From the sequence record SRR22947727_820: a stretch of 64,000 nucleotides of DNA. One strand, given 5' to 3'. Both the position numbers and the translations under genes were made by a program. Shown here piece after piece: positions 39,875 through 51,084 of this stretch; position 1 is the first letter of the stretch; every line of letters begins with the position of its first letter. The notes beneath the pieces were generated by a model. It was given only the letters and a program-made list of their open reading frames with translations. It was not told the origin of the DNA and did no database searches.

Positions 39875-40741
39875 TTATACATCACAAATTTCAATTGCTT
39901 TCTTTAGAGATGCCAGCTTGTCGGTGTCTTTAGGAATAAATTCTTGAGCCACATATCCCTTGTATCCTGTAGCTGCTATAGCTTTCATAATAGCAGGATA
40001 ATACAATTCTTGGCGTTCATCTATTTCATTTCTACCAGGAACACCAGCCGTGTGGTAATGGCCCAAGTATTTGTGGTGGTCCTGAATGGTTTTTATAATG
40101 TCTCCCTCTTGAACTTGCATGTGGTAAATATCATAGAGTAATTTAAAGTGATCAGAGCCTAAGCCTTTGCAAAGTGCTACCCCCCATGCAGTACTGTCAC
40201 ACATATAGTCTGGATGGTTTTGTTGGTTAAAGAGTTCCATTTGTACAACCACGCCATGTGCTTCTGCCAGCGGCATAATTTGTTTTAAACCAGCAATGCA
40301 GTTGGCCAATCCTTCAGCGTCAGATTTACCCTCCCTATTGCCACTAAAGCAGATGAGGTTGGTATAGCCTGCGGCCGATACCAATGGGATCATCTCTTTA
40401 TAATTTTTAATGAGTTGTTCGTGGTACTGAGGGTCGTTCCAGCCTTTGGTCAGTGAAATTTCTGCCCCATCGCACATGCTGCTATGAATTCCGTACTTTT
40501 TAAGCAGCGGCCATTCCTTGGGGCCCATAAGATCTACCCCTGTAATCCCTATTTTTTTTACAGCAATGAGAAAATCTTCTAGGGCAATATCTGAATAACA
40601 CCAATGACAGACTGCATGATTTATGTTGTTTTTCAGTGGGGTTGTTTTGTAGGATGGGTCTATTTCTTTTCCATGAAGCGGAAAAGCAGCTAATGTAGCA
40701 GCAGACAAGGCTGCAGTATTTAAAAATTTTCTTCTCTTCAT
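39875..40741 (-). CDS. Hydroxypyruvate isomerase / AP endonuclease 2-type TIM barrel protein, Tat signal
   Basis: MKRRKFL; MELFN, LLYDIYHMQ, HYHTAGVPGRNE, QEF. Confidence 0.85.
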   Translation of the reverse strand: MKRRKFLNTAALSAATLAAFPLHGKEIDPSYKTTPLKNNINHAVCHWCYSDIALEDFLIAVKKIGITGVDLMGPKEWPLLKKYGIHSSMCDGAEISLTKGWNDPQYHEQLIKNYKEMIPLVSAAGYTNLICFSGNREGKSDAEGLANCIAGLKQIMPLAEAHGVVVQMELFNQQNHPDYMCDSTAWGVALCKGLGSDHFKLLYDIYHMQVQEGDIIKTIQDHHKYLGHYHTAGVPGRNEIDERQELYYPAIMKAIAATGYKGYVAQEFIPKDTDKLASLKKAIEICDV

Positions 40742-40789
40742 GCTGTTATTTTAGTTGGTTGGCTAAATATAAATCATTTTATTTACACC

Positions 40790-41023
40790 ATGTCTCGAGA
40801 CTTACAAAAAGAAGCTTTACTGGAATTAGCCCACTACAGAATGCCCTTTGGGAAATACCAAGACCGTTATCTCACGGAGCTTCCTGAATACTATTTGGTC
40901 TGGTTTAGGCAAAAGGGATTTCCCAAAGGAAAGCTTGGTGCGCTGCTTGCAGCGACTATGGAAATTAAAGAAAATGGTTTGGAGGATATGATTCGTAGGA
41001 TTCGCAAAGAATTTCCGAAATAA
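40790..41023 (+). CDS. DUF3820 family protein
   Basis: MPFGKY...LPEYYLVWF..KGFPKGKLG...EIKENGLE. Confidence 0.88.
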   Translation: MSRDLQKEALLELAHYRMPFGKYQDRYLTELPEYYLVWFRQKGFPKGKLGALLAATMEIKENGLEDMIRRIRKEFPK

Positions 41024-42700
<1,677 letters not shown>

Positions 42701-42768
42701 TTGAGGATAAAAAAATAATAGTAAATTTACCCCCTGTCTTTTAAACAGACAAGACATATAACATATTT

Positions 42769-44631
42769 ATGGAAGAGAAGAAGTTAGACGTAAACTCCCT
42801 AATTGGTTTTGGACTTATTTTTGTAATACTAATTTACATGTTTTACATTAATCAGCCTACCCCAGAGGAGCTAGCCGCAAAACAACAAGCAGAAAGAGAA
42901 GCTGCTGCTATTCAAGGAAATTCAGCTAGCACAGAAGCGGTAGATTATAACCAATCAGCCCAAGCCATTCAAGATATTAATCCTACAGACAGTAGTGCGG
43001 TGGCCGCTTATAAATCTAGTATGGGGGCTTTTTCTTTTACGTCAATCGTCCCTGGGAACACTTTGTTAGAAAATGATGTTTTACGTGTAGAAGTGTCTCA
43101 TAAAGGAGGACAATTGGTTTTGGCTCAAAATAAGAAATACAATACCTATGACTCCGTTCCAGTTTATCTAATTAAGGACGGTAACGCTACATTTAATATT
43201 AGTTTTACTACCCAAGACAATAGAATTATTCAGACCAAAGACTTGTATTTTGAACCTTTGACTGCTACCAACGATCAGGTGGAGGTGCTGTCTATGAAGG
43301 CAAAAATATCTGATTCTGAATACCTACTTTTTGAATACAGCCTTCCTGAAGACAGCTATATGTTAGATTTTAAAATTAAATCTGTAGGTCTTTCAGGCTT
43401 TTTTAACCCTACTCAAGACCCACAATTACAGTGGGATTTAAAAACAATAAGACACTCAAAAAGTGTTCAATACGAGAACAGATACACCCGTTTAAATTAT
43501 AAATTTGAAGAAGATAAGTTAGACAAGCTTTCCGATAGTTCAGATGACGACGTTACGGAACAAGCGGTAGAGTGGGTATCTTACAGACAACACTTTTTCA
43601 GTACCATCATAGCTTTTTCTCCTGCATTGGAGACAGCTAGTTTTAACAGTACCAACCTTATTAAGGAAGAGTCTAAAACGATTGGTTATACTAAAATATA
43701 CGAGACCAAAGCACCTTTACAATTAGTTGGTGGGGTGTTGGACTATGATATGAATGTCTATTTGGGTCCAACAGATGTAAAAGAGTTGGCGAAATTCCCA
43801 ACACTTGGCTTAGAAGATTCTATTCCTTTTGGTTGGGGGATCTTTGGATGGATTAACCGCTATGTGTTTACACCAACCTATACTTTTTTAATTGGCTATT
43901 TACCTTACGGGATTGCCATTATTGTCATGACTATTTTGGTGCGTTTGCTTATGTCTCCAGTGACTTATAAGTCTTATTTATCTCAGGCTAAGATGAAGGT
44001 GTTAAAACCAGAAATCACTGAAATAAATGATAAGTTCAAAGACAATGCCATGAAAAAGCAGCAGGAGACTATGAAAATTTACAATAAAGCTGGTGTAAAC
44101 CCTATGAGTGGTTGTGTGCCTGCTTTAGTGCAAATGCCTATTTTCTATGCCCTTTTTATGTTTTTCCCTACCTCATTTGCGTTGAGACAGAAATCTTTCT
44201 TGTGGGCAGACGATTTGTCTTCTTATGATACAATTTTAGAATTGCCATTTTATATTCCCTTCTATGGAGACCATGTGAGCTTATTCCCCATCCTTGCTTC
44301 TGTAGCAATATTCTTTTACATGATGATGACTACAGGGCAAAATATGCCTACACAGCCTGGAATGCCTAATATGAAGTTTATCATTTATTTATCACCAGTG
44401 ATGATGCTTATATTTTTTAACAGCTACGCTTCTGGTCTGAGTTTGTACTATTTTGTATCTAACCTAATTACCATATTCATCATGTTAGCCATTAAGAATT
44501 TTATTCTTGACGACGACAAAATTCACGCCCGCATTCAAGCCAATAAGGAAAAACCAAAGAAAGAAGGTAAGTTTCAGGCTAAAATGAGGGAGATTATGGA
44601 GCAAGCAGAAGCGAAAAAAAACCAGCGCTAA
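42769..44631 (+). CDS. yidC: Membrane protein insertase YidC
   Basis: YGIAII.MTILVR, NPMSGCVP, FLWADDLS, ASGLSLYY. Confidence 0.97.
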   Translation: MEEKKLDVNSLIGFGLIFVILIYMFYINQPTPEELAAKQQAEREAAAIQGNSASTEAVDYNQSAQAIQDINPTDSSAVAAYKSSMGAFSFTSIVPGNTLLENDVLRVEVSHKGGQLVLAQNKKYNTYDSVPVYLIKDGNATFNISFTTQDNRIIQTKDLYFEPLTATNDQVEVLSMKAKISDSEYLLFEYSLPEDSYMLDFKIKSVGLSGFFNPTQDPQLQWDLKTIRHSKSVQYENRYTRLNYKFEEDKLDKLSDSSDDDVTEQAVEWVSYRQHFFSTIIAFSPALETASFNSTNLIKEESKTIGYTKIYETKAPLQLVGGVLDYDMNVYLGPTDVKELAKFPTLGLEDSIPFGWGIFGWINRYVFTPTYTFLIGYLPYGIAIIVMTILVRLLMSPVTYKSYLSQAKMKVLKPEITEINDKFKDNAMKKQQETMKIYNKAGVNPMSGCVPALVQMPIFYALFMFFPTSFALRQKSFLWADDLSSYDTILELPFYIPFYGDHVSLFPILASVAIFFYMMMTTGQNMPTQPGMPNMKFIIYLSPVMMLIFFNSYASGLSLYYFVSNLITIFIMLAIKNFILDDDKIHARIQANKEKPKKEGKFQAKMREIMEQAEAKKNQR

Positions 44632-44723
44632 GGGCTTAATCCTTTGAATACTCAAGAGAAGTTACTGTATTAAAATTGTGGCATATAAACCAATGCCAAC
44701 CGCTAATTGAATAGTGTTTAATC

Positions 44724-45914
44724 ATGAAAAAAGTTGTTGTAGGCCTCTCTGGAGGTGTAGACTCAAGTGTAACCGCTTACTTACTCAAAGAGCAGGGTTA
44801 TGAGGTTATTGGCTTGTTTATGAAGAACTGGCATGACGACTCTGTGACTATCTCTAACGAATGTCCCTGGTTAGAAGACAGTAATGACGCCCTTATTGTA
44901 GCAGAAAAATTAGGTATTCCTTTTCAAACGGTAGATTTGAGTGAGGCTTACAAGGAAAAGATAGTAGATTATATGTTCCATGAGTACGAGATGGGAAGGA
45001 CTCCTAATCCAGACGTACTTTGTAATAGGGAAATCAAGTTTGACGTTTTTATGAAGATCGCTTTAGATCTTGGTGCAGATTATGTGGCTACAGGACATTA
45101 CTGCCAAAAAACCAGCCAGACTTTAGCCAGTGGGGAAGTGGTCTATAATCTGGAAGCTGGTGCAGATCCTAATAAAGACCAATCCTATTTTTTGTGTCAA
45201 CTCTCACAAGAGCAATTGTCTAAAACACTTTTTCCAATAGGGGGCTTATTAAAACCAGAGGTTAGAGAAATTGCCGCTCGTGCAGGTCTAATTACTGCTG
45301 GTAAAAAGGATTCTCAAGGATTGTGTTTTATTGGAAAAGTAAGGTTGCCAGACTTTTTGCAGCAACAATTAAAACCTAAAAAGGGGGTGATTATTGAAAT
45401 TCCGTCATCGTTTCCCGATTATCATATATTAGCTCCGGAATTCAATGGTAAAGAAGCCGCATTGGCTTATGCTTCTAAAAAAATCACCTATCAGGTTACA
45501 GACGGTAATAAAGTAGGCGAACATCAAGGAGCTCATTACTTTACCAATGGCCAACGTAAAGGACTAAATGTAGGAGGTACCAAGGAGCCACTATTTGTTA
45601 TTGCTACTGACGTAATCGAAAATGTAATATATACCGGTCAGGGTAAATCCCACCCTGGTTTATATAGAAACACCCTTTTTGTAACTGCTTCTGAGGTGCA
45701 TTGGGTAAGGCAAGACCTAGCAATTGCACCGGGACAGACCTTGGAAGTCATGGCGAGAATTCGCTATAGGCAGGCATTAGAAAAAGCGACATTACACGCT
45801 ACAGACCAAGGTTTGTATGTGCATTTTGAAAGCCCACAGTCTGCCATCACTGCAGGGCAATTTGTGGCATGGTATGTTGGCACCGCTCTCTTAGGATCTG
45901 GTGTGATAGGATAA
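44724..45914 (+). CDS. mnmA: tRNA 2-thiouridine(34) synthase MnmA
   Basis: [43 protein letters not shown]. Confidence 0.98.
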   Translation: MKKVVVGLSGGVDSSVTAYLLKEQGYEVIGLFMKNWHDDSVTISNECPWLEDSNDALIVAEKLGIPFQTVDLSEAYKEKIVDYMFHEYEMGRTPNPDVLCNREIKFDVFMKIALDLGADYVATGHYCQKTSQTLASGEVVYNLEAGADPNKDQSYFLCQLSQEQLSKTLFPIGGLLKPEVREIAARAGLITAGKKDSQGLCFIGKVRLPDFLQQQLKPKKGVIIEIPSSFPDYHILAPEFNGKEAALAYASKKITYQVTDGNKVGEHQGAHYFTNGQRKGLNVGGTKEPLFVIATDVIENVIYTGQGKSHPGLYRNTLFVTASEVHWVRQDLAIAPGQTLEVMARIRYRQALEKATLHATDQGLYVHFESPQSAITAGQFVAWYVGTALLGSGVIG

Positions 45915-45984
45915 TAATAGGCGTAAATTTAATTCCGAAGCTTACAGGCCTAGCTTACTTGGCATGGGTATAAGTGTGCTATAA

Positions 45985-46716
45985 CTAGAAAGCCACCGCT
46001 TTATAAATATAAATGTTTTGCAACGGCCAGTCTCCAGCTTCTACCGCCTGCTGATTTATTTTATCTACCACCTCCATTCCCTCAATCACTTCCCCAAAGG
46101 GGGTGTAATCTCCATCCAAATGGTAGGAACCTGGATCTGTAACTACAATGAAAAACTCATAGGGGGAAGCTAGTTTGTGGGGGTTGTCATTTTCACTACT
46201 CGGCATAGAGATTACCCCACGATGGTGGGCATGTCCTTTTTTTGTATCCGGAGGCAGTAAATAACGGCCAATAGCCCTTCTTTTGTCTGCAGTTTCTTTA
46301 TTGTCTGCATTCCCACCTTGGATAATAAACCCCTTCACTACTCGGTGGAAATAAGTGTTGTTAAAGTAACCTTCCTTGGCCAGAAAAATAAAGTTGGCTT
46401 TGTGGTAGGGTACGTTGTCGTAAAGGTCAATCACAATGTTGCCAAATGAAGTTTCTAACCTAACTTTGGTTTCTGTAAGGGTTTCTTTATACCTGTAAAA
46501 AAAGTCTATTACATTGTTCTCATTGAGTTTAAAGACAGTATCCTTCTTTTTGACAACTATTTTTTCTTCATAAACACTGTCTTTTATGGCCTGTTTTTCA
46601 TTCGCTAAATTTGTTTTATTTTGTGAGGTGTTGTGCGGCTTCTTTTCAGAATTGCAGCTCCCCATTAAAATAATTAGTCCCAAACAGATTTGAAATAGTA
46701 ATTTTGTATTGCTCAT
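45985..46716 (-). CDS. Cyclophilin-type peptidyl-prolyl isomerase, lipoprotein
   Basis: FHRVVKGFIIQGG, HLDGDYTPFGEV; lipoprotein signal MSNTKLL...LMGSC places the start at 46716. Confidence 0.88.
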   Translation of the reverse strand: MSNTKLLFQICLGLIILMGSCNSEKKPHNTSQNKTNLANEKQAIKDSVYEEKIVVKKKDTVFKLNENNVIDFFYRYKETLTETKVRLETSFGNIVIDLYDNVPYHKANFIFLAKEGYFNNTYFHRVVKGFIIQGGNADNKETADKRRAIGRYLLPPDTKKGHAHHRGVISMPSSENDNPHKLASPYEFFIVVTDPGSYHLDGDYTPFGEVIEGMEVVDKINQQAVEAGDWPLQNIYIYKAVAF

Positions 46717-47356
46717 GAAATTCAGTGTATTCTCAGACATTCTTTCAAAAATAGAAAAAAAGCCGCTACCAGGTAGGCAGAGCCATTTAAAAATGGCGTC
46801 GGCGCAACGCGCCAAAATATTAAACGATTCCAATAAATTTAGTGAAAACCCCAAAAAAGCTGCAGTATTAGCTGCTTTTTATCCTGATCAAAAGGGAGAC
46901 ACCCATTTATTATTGATCAAAAGGCAGGGGGGTAAGGATGTTCATGCCCACCAGATTGCCCTTCCAGGAGGTCAATACGAGCCTTCTGACCTTGATTTAA
47001 AAACTACGGCACTCAGAGAAGCTTATGAAGAGGTTGGGATATTACCCGCACAAATTAGCTGTGTAAGAGCACTTACTGCGGTATATATACCACCCAGTAA
47101 TTTTTTAGTACAGCCTTTTATGGCACGCTACGACAAACAGTTGCCTTTTGTCTTAGAAAATTCAGAGGTACATTCAGTTTTAGAAGTGCCTTTAGCCCTA
47201 TTGGTCAGAGAAGACTTATTGAAAACCCAATGGGTTCAGCAGTCTCATTCAACTAGAATCAGAGTGCCTGGCTTTGCGATTGGAGGTGAGTGGGTATGGG
47301 GAGCGACAGCTATGATGCTCAGTGAAATACGTATGCTTTTAAATGACGCCCTTTAA
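46715..47356 (+). CDS. NUDIX hydrolase, CoA pyrophosphatase-like
   Basis: AAVL, HAHQIALPGG, Nudix box TALREAYEEVG, VWGATAMML. Confidence 0.92.
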   Translation: MKFSVFSDILSKIEKKPLPGRQSHLKMASAQRAKILNDSNKFSENPKKAAVLAAFYPDQKGDTHLLLIKRQGGKDVHAHQIALPGGQYEPSDLDLKTTALREAYEEVGILPAQISCVRALTAVYIPPSNFLVQPFMARYDKQLPFVLENSEVHSVLEVPLALLVREDLLKTQWVQQSHSTRIRVPGFAIGGEWVWGATAMMLSEIRMLLNDAL

Positions 47357-47436
47357 GTTATTTTTGTATTTTAGCTGCTTGTATTGGAAGGTAATTCTTA
47401 CAAATATTTGATTACTTTCTGATTTAAACCATCACT

Positions 47437-48261
47437 ATGCCTTTAATAAAAAGAAACCCTTTTGGTCATATTTTATTTATAAAAAAATTATTGATCCGTT
47501 ATTTAGGTGTGCTCTCTCACCAAAGATACAAGGGTTTTAATACCCTAGATATTGAAGGTTCTGAGATCATCAAAGATTTACCTGGAGAGAATGTGCTTTT
47601 TGTGAGCAATCATCAGACTTACTTCGCAGACGTAGTAGCCATGTTTCATGTATTTAATGCCTCTTTAAGTGGGCGTGTAGATTCTATTAAAAACGTGGGT
47701 TATATTTGGCACCCAAAATTAAATATTTATTATGTGGCTGCTGCAGAAACCATGAAGCAGAGTTTGTTGGCTAAGGTCTTAGCCTATGCCGGTTCTATAA
47801 GTATTGAACGCACCTGGCGTGCTGAGGGGATGGATGTCAATAGACAGGTTAAAATGTCGGATATTTCAAATATTGGTAAAGCCCTTAACGATGGCTGGGT
47901 CATTACTTTTCCACAAGGGACAACTACGCCTTGGAAACCCATTAGAAAGGGCACTGCTCATATCATTAAAAAATACAAGCCCATCGTGGTCCCTGTAGTT
48001 ATAGACGGTTTTAGACGCTCTTTTGATAAGAAAGGATTGCGCGTGAAAAAGAAAGGAATTTTACAGTCTATTGTGATTAAACCTCCTATGGAGATTGATT
48101 ATGACAACGATTCTATTGATCAGATCATAGAAAAATTAGAGTATGCTATAGAGCAGCACCCTTCTTTTCTTAAAGTACTCAAGCCAGAAGAAATTACTCA
48201 AATGGAACATGACAACGAGAAACGCCGTTTTAGAAAACACAAACATCCAAAGGAAGATTAA
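47437..48261 (+). CDS. Lysophospholipid acyltransferase (PlsC family)
   Basis: NHQTYFAD, FPQGT. Confidence 0.9.
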   Translation: MPLIKRNPFGHILFIKKLLIRYLGVLSHQRYKGFNTLDIEGSEIIKDLPGENVLFVSNHQTYFADVVAMFHVFNASLSGRVDSIKNVGYIWHPKLNIYYVAAAETMKQSLLAKVLAYAGSISIERTWRAEGMDVNRQVKMSDISNIGKALNDGWVITFPQGTTTPWKPIRKGTAHIIKKYKPIVVPVVIDGFRRSFDKKGLRVKKKGILQSIVIKPPMEIDYDNDSIDQIIEKLEYAIEQHPSFLKVLKPEEITQMEHDNEKRRFRKHKHPKED

Positions 48262-48377
48262 TAATAGAAAAGGAAGGCCAAGCTTTTGTACCTCTTAAAA
48301 AGAGGGGTCTTTAGGAAGATTAACATTAAGAGGGGGCATTCACCTTCTTGTTCGTCTTAAAACCTGGAGTGTTTTTC

Positions 48378-49019
48378 TTAATTTTCTAGCTTGACGAGTT
48401 CTTTGTAATTGCGTTTTAATTTTTTGAGGAGTATGCCATAAAGCAGCCTGTAAAATAAGAGCAAAAAGCCTATGGCTAGCGCAATAACAACAACGACCAC
48501 CAGTCCTATAATGCCCCAAAAAACAAAAGTATTTTCTCTTTGATGGGCCATTTCAAGAATGGCTTCAGACTCAGGACCATACAATATACTACCAATAAGG
48601 CCTCCTAGAGTACCTACAGCCAGCATACTGAGATTAAACCAAACGTATTGACTCACGGTTTTCTTGACCTTTAAAATACTTTGAATTAATTCTTTGACTG
48701 AAGACTGGTAGCTCACCAGTTTGTAGTTTTTATAAAAGAGCACTATAAAGTACACCAGGACCGAATAATTCACTACTGTGAGAACAGATATAAAGGTAGA
48801 AAGCCGCATACTTTGTATAATTTCTTCTTGCTCCGCACTTTTTGTAAGAATACTCAAAGCAGTCCAAAAAACAAATTCAGCAATAGAAATATAATACAAC
48901 CACTTTACAATAGAAGAAGACCGCTTCCATATAAGGGCGTAAATCGCTTCTTGATTGAGTTTTGGAAACCCACTTTCCTTAGCCTTCCAATCTTTTTTAA
49001 AAAGTTCTAACTCTTTCAT
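48378..49019 (-). CDS. Four-TM membrane protein, putative anti-sigma partner
   Basis: Hydrophobic segments; starts 1 nt after the ECF sigma stop. Confidence 0.7.
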   Translation of the reverse strand: MKELELFKKDWKAKESGFPKLNQEAIYALIWKRSSSIVKWLYYISIAEFVFWTALSILTKSAEQEEIIQSMRLSTFISVLTVVNYSVLVYFIVLFYKNYKLVSYQSSVKELIQSILKVKKTVSQYVWFNLSMLAVGTLGGLIGSILYGPESEAILEMAHQRENTFVFWGIIGLVVVVVIALAIGFLLLFYRLLYGILLKKLKRNYKELVKLEN

Positions 49020-49020
49020 A

Positions 49021-49518
49021 TTAAGGCTTTAATATTTTTTTTAATTTTTTCTTTATTCTATTCATTTTCACCCTTGCATTAACCTCTGTGATTCCTAAGG
49101 TCTCGGAAATCTCTTCATAATTCTTATCTTCTAAATATAGAAAAATAAGTGCTTTGTCTATGTCGTTTAAGGATTTAATAGCGGCGTACATAAGCTGGAG
49201 TTGCTCTTCTTCTTTTTTATCGTAGGCTTCGAATGCACTTGTTTTGAAAAGCACATGATCAATGTCGTGTACATCTATTCTTTTCTTTTCCTTTCTGTAT
49301 TGGGTAATGGCTGTATTAATAGCCACCCGATACATCCAAGTGCTGAATTTTGAGTCTCCTCTAAACTTAGGGTAGGCTTTCCACAATTGGATACTAATTT
49401 CCTGAAATAAATCGTGGTGGCTGTCGTGGTCCTTAGCATAAAGGGTACAGATTTTGTGCACAATGTTTTGGTGTGCTTCAAACGCTATTAAGAATTTATG
49501 TTCTAAATCTTTATTCAA
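49021..49518 (-). CDS. ECF RNA polymerase sigma factor
   Basis: DLFQEI, KFSTWMYRVAIN, YEEISETLGI...RVKMNRIK; TTG start. Confidence 0.95.
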   Translation of the reverse strand: MNKDLEHKFLIAFEAHQNIVHKICTLYAKDHDSHHDLFQEISIQLWKAYPKFRGDSKFSTWMYRVAINTAITQYRKEKKRIDVHDIDHVLFKTSAFEAYDKKEEEQLQLMYAAIKSLNDIDKALIFLYLEDKNYEEISETLGITEVNARVKMNRIKKKLKKILKP

Positions 49519-49559
49519 TCTTTATTACTCTAACTGTAAGTAGCTGAAGCAGGATTTTT

Positions 49560-49565
49560 GTTACA
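49560..49565 (-). promoter_or_regulatory. Putative ECF -35 element TGTAAC
   Basis: TGTAAC-N16-CTAC upstream of the ECF gene; the same hexamer precedes the second ECF gene. Confidence 0.45.
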
Positions 49566-49604
49566 ATAAAAAAACCCAAAAGAAAGTCTTATGGGTATTT
49601 TTAT
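49565..49604 (-). terminator. Probable intrinsic terminator after the M20 amidohydrolase
   Basis: Minus strand AAAAATACCCA...TGGGTTTTTTT. Confidence 0.55.
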
Positions 49605-49620
49605 AAAGGGATTTATTTTT

Positions 49621-51045
49621 TTAGTTTCTGTAGTTTAATGCAGGTGCCCTGTCTCCAATCAATGGGATGTATTTAAAATCAGTTCCCAGTCTTTCCCGAT
49701 GTTCTTTTTTTGCCGCTTCTATAAGTTTGGGGTTACTAAACAACTCAATAGCACTCAAACTTAGTGTTTTAGCGGCTACCATCATTCCTTTGTTTCCAAT
49801 ATTTGTTCCACCAGCAGCTACTGCTTGCCAGGAGTGAGCTGCAGTGCCAGGAACCCAAGTTGCTGTGCCAAAACCAACTGTAGGCACTGTAAATGAAACA
49901 TCTCCAACATCGGTAGAACCACCCGCTTTGGCTGTTGTTTTATAAGGCGCTATAGCAGCGGCAGTTTCTTGGTCTGCATTTTCCTGTCCAAGTGTTTTGG
50001 CTATTGTATTAGCGAATGCTAATTCTGGCTCATTGTATTGCACGCCACCAACTTTAGTGAGGTTTTTGTGTACCATTTCTTGAAGGCTAAGGTTGGGCAG
50101 CAATTCATGGGTTCCTCCAATAATTTCATAATCCATTGTTGTTCCAGTTCCTAGGGCAGCTCCCTCTGCCGCTTTGACCATTCTGTCAAATATATCCATA
50201 ACCACATCTCTTTTATTATGTCTCGCGTAATAATATACTTCTGCATAATCTGGGACCACATTAGGAGCCTTTCCGCCACTGGTAATTACATAATGGATTC
50301 TTGCATCTTCTAAAACGTGCTCACGCATCATATTGACCATATTGTTCATGGCTTCTACACCATCTAAAGCAGACCGTCCCATATGCGGAGCCGCTGCAGC
50401 ATGAGCAGAAACGCCATAAAATCTAAATTTAGCAGATTTATTCGCTAAGGCAGCTCCTGCACTGGCAGCATTCTTTGCGCCAGGATGCCAATGTAACGCA
50501 ATGTCTACGTCCTCAAACAATCCCGCCCTGACCATGTATACTTTTCCAGAACCTCCTTCTTCAGCAGGACATCCGTAAAACCGAATGCGCCCTTTTTTAT
50601 TATTGGCCTCTAACCATTCTTTTACAGCAATTGCAGCTGCAGTAGACGCTGTTCCAAACAAATGGTGCCCACAAGCATGGCCTGCTTTTTCACCGGCAGA
50701 TTCTTTGTTAGGGACGGCTTTTTGAGACAGCCCTGGCAAAGCGTCGTACTCTCCTAAAATAGCAATTACAGGGCCTTCAGTCCCATACTCTGCTGTGAAA
50801 GCAGTAGGTATTCCAGCCACAGCAGTGGTTATTTTAAAACCAGCAGCAGATAGGGTTTCTTGTAATAAAGCACTGCTCTGTTCCTCTTGGTAGCCCATTT
50901 CTGCCAAGCCCCATATTTGCTGGGCTATATCACTGTAATAGGCTGTCTTAGCCTCTAATTTTTTTAAAATATCCGCAGGTTTTTTTTGTGCCATTGCACC
51001 AAAACTTATGCTAAATATAGCCGCGGTAATCATTAAATTTTTCAT
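49621..51045 (-). CDS. M20 amidohydrolase (AbgB-like), secreted
   Basis: GEYDALPG, GHACGHH, PAEEGG, GGSTDVGDVS, HSWQ; signal peptide. Confidence 0.9.
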   Translation of the reverse strand: MKNLMITAAIFSISFGAMAQKKPADILKKLEAKTAYYSDIAQQIWGLAEMGYQEEQSSALLQETLSAAGFKITTAVAGIPTAFTAEYGTEGPVIAILGEYDALPGLSQKAVPNKESAGEKAGHACGHHLFGTASTAAAIAVKEWLEANNKKGRIRFYGCPAEEGGSGKVYMVRAGLFEDVDIALHWHPGAKNAASAGAALANKSAKFRFYGVSAHAAAAPHMGRSALDGVEAMNNMVNMMREHVLEDARIHYVITSGGKAPNVVPDYAEVYYYARHNKRDVVMDIFDRMVKAAEGAALGTGTTMDYEIIGGTHELLPNLSLQEMVHKNLTKVGGVQYNEPELAFANTIAKTLGQENADQETAAAIAPYKTTAKAGGSTDVGDVSFTVPTVGFGTATWVPGTAAHSWQAVAAGGTNIGNKGMMVAAKTLSLSAIELFSNPKLIEAAKKEHRERLGTDFKYIPLIGDRAPALNYRN

Positions 51046-51084
51046 TTGATAGAATCAATTGGTTTGTTATAAAAATAAGCATAA

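Noticed and set aside
46717..46854. N-terminal extension of the cyclophilin ORF in the track
   Set aside because: It overlaps the NUDIX gene and precedes a good lipoprotein signal starting at 46716.
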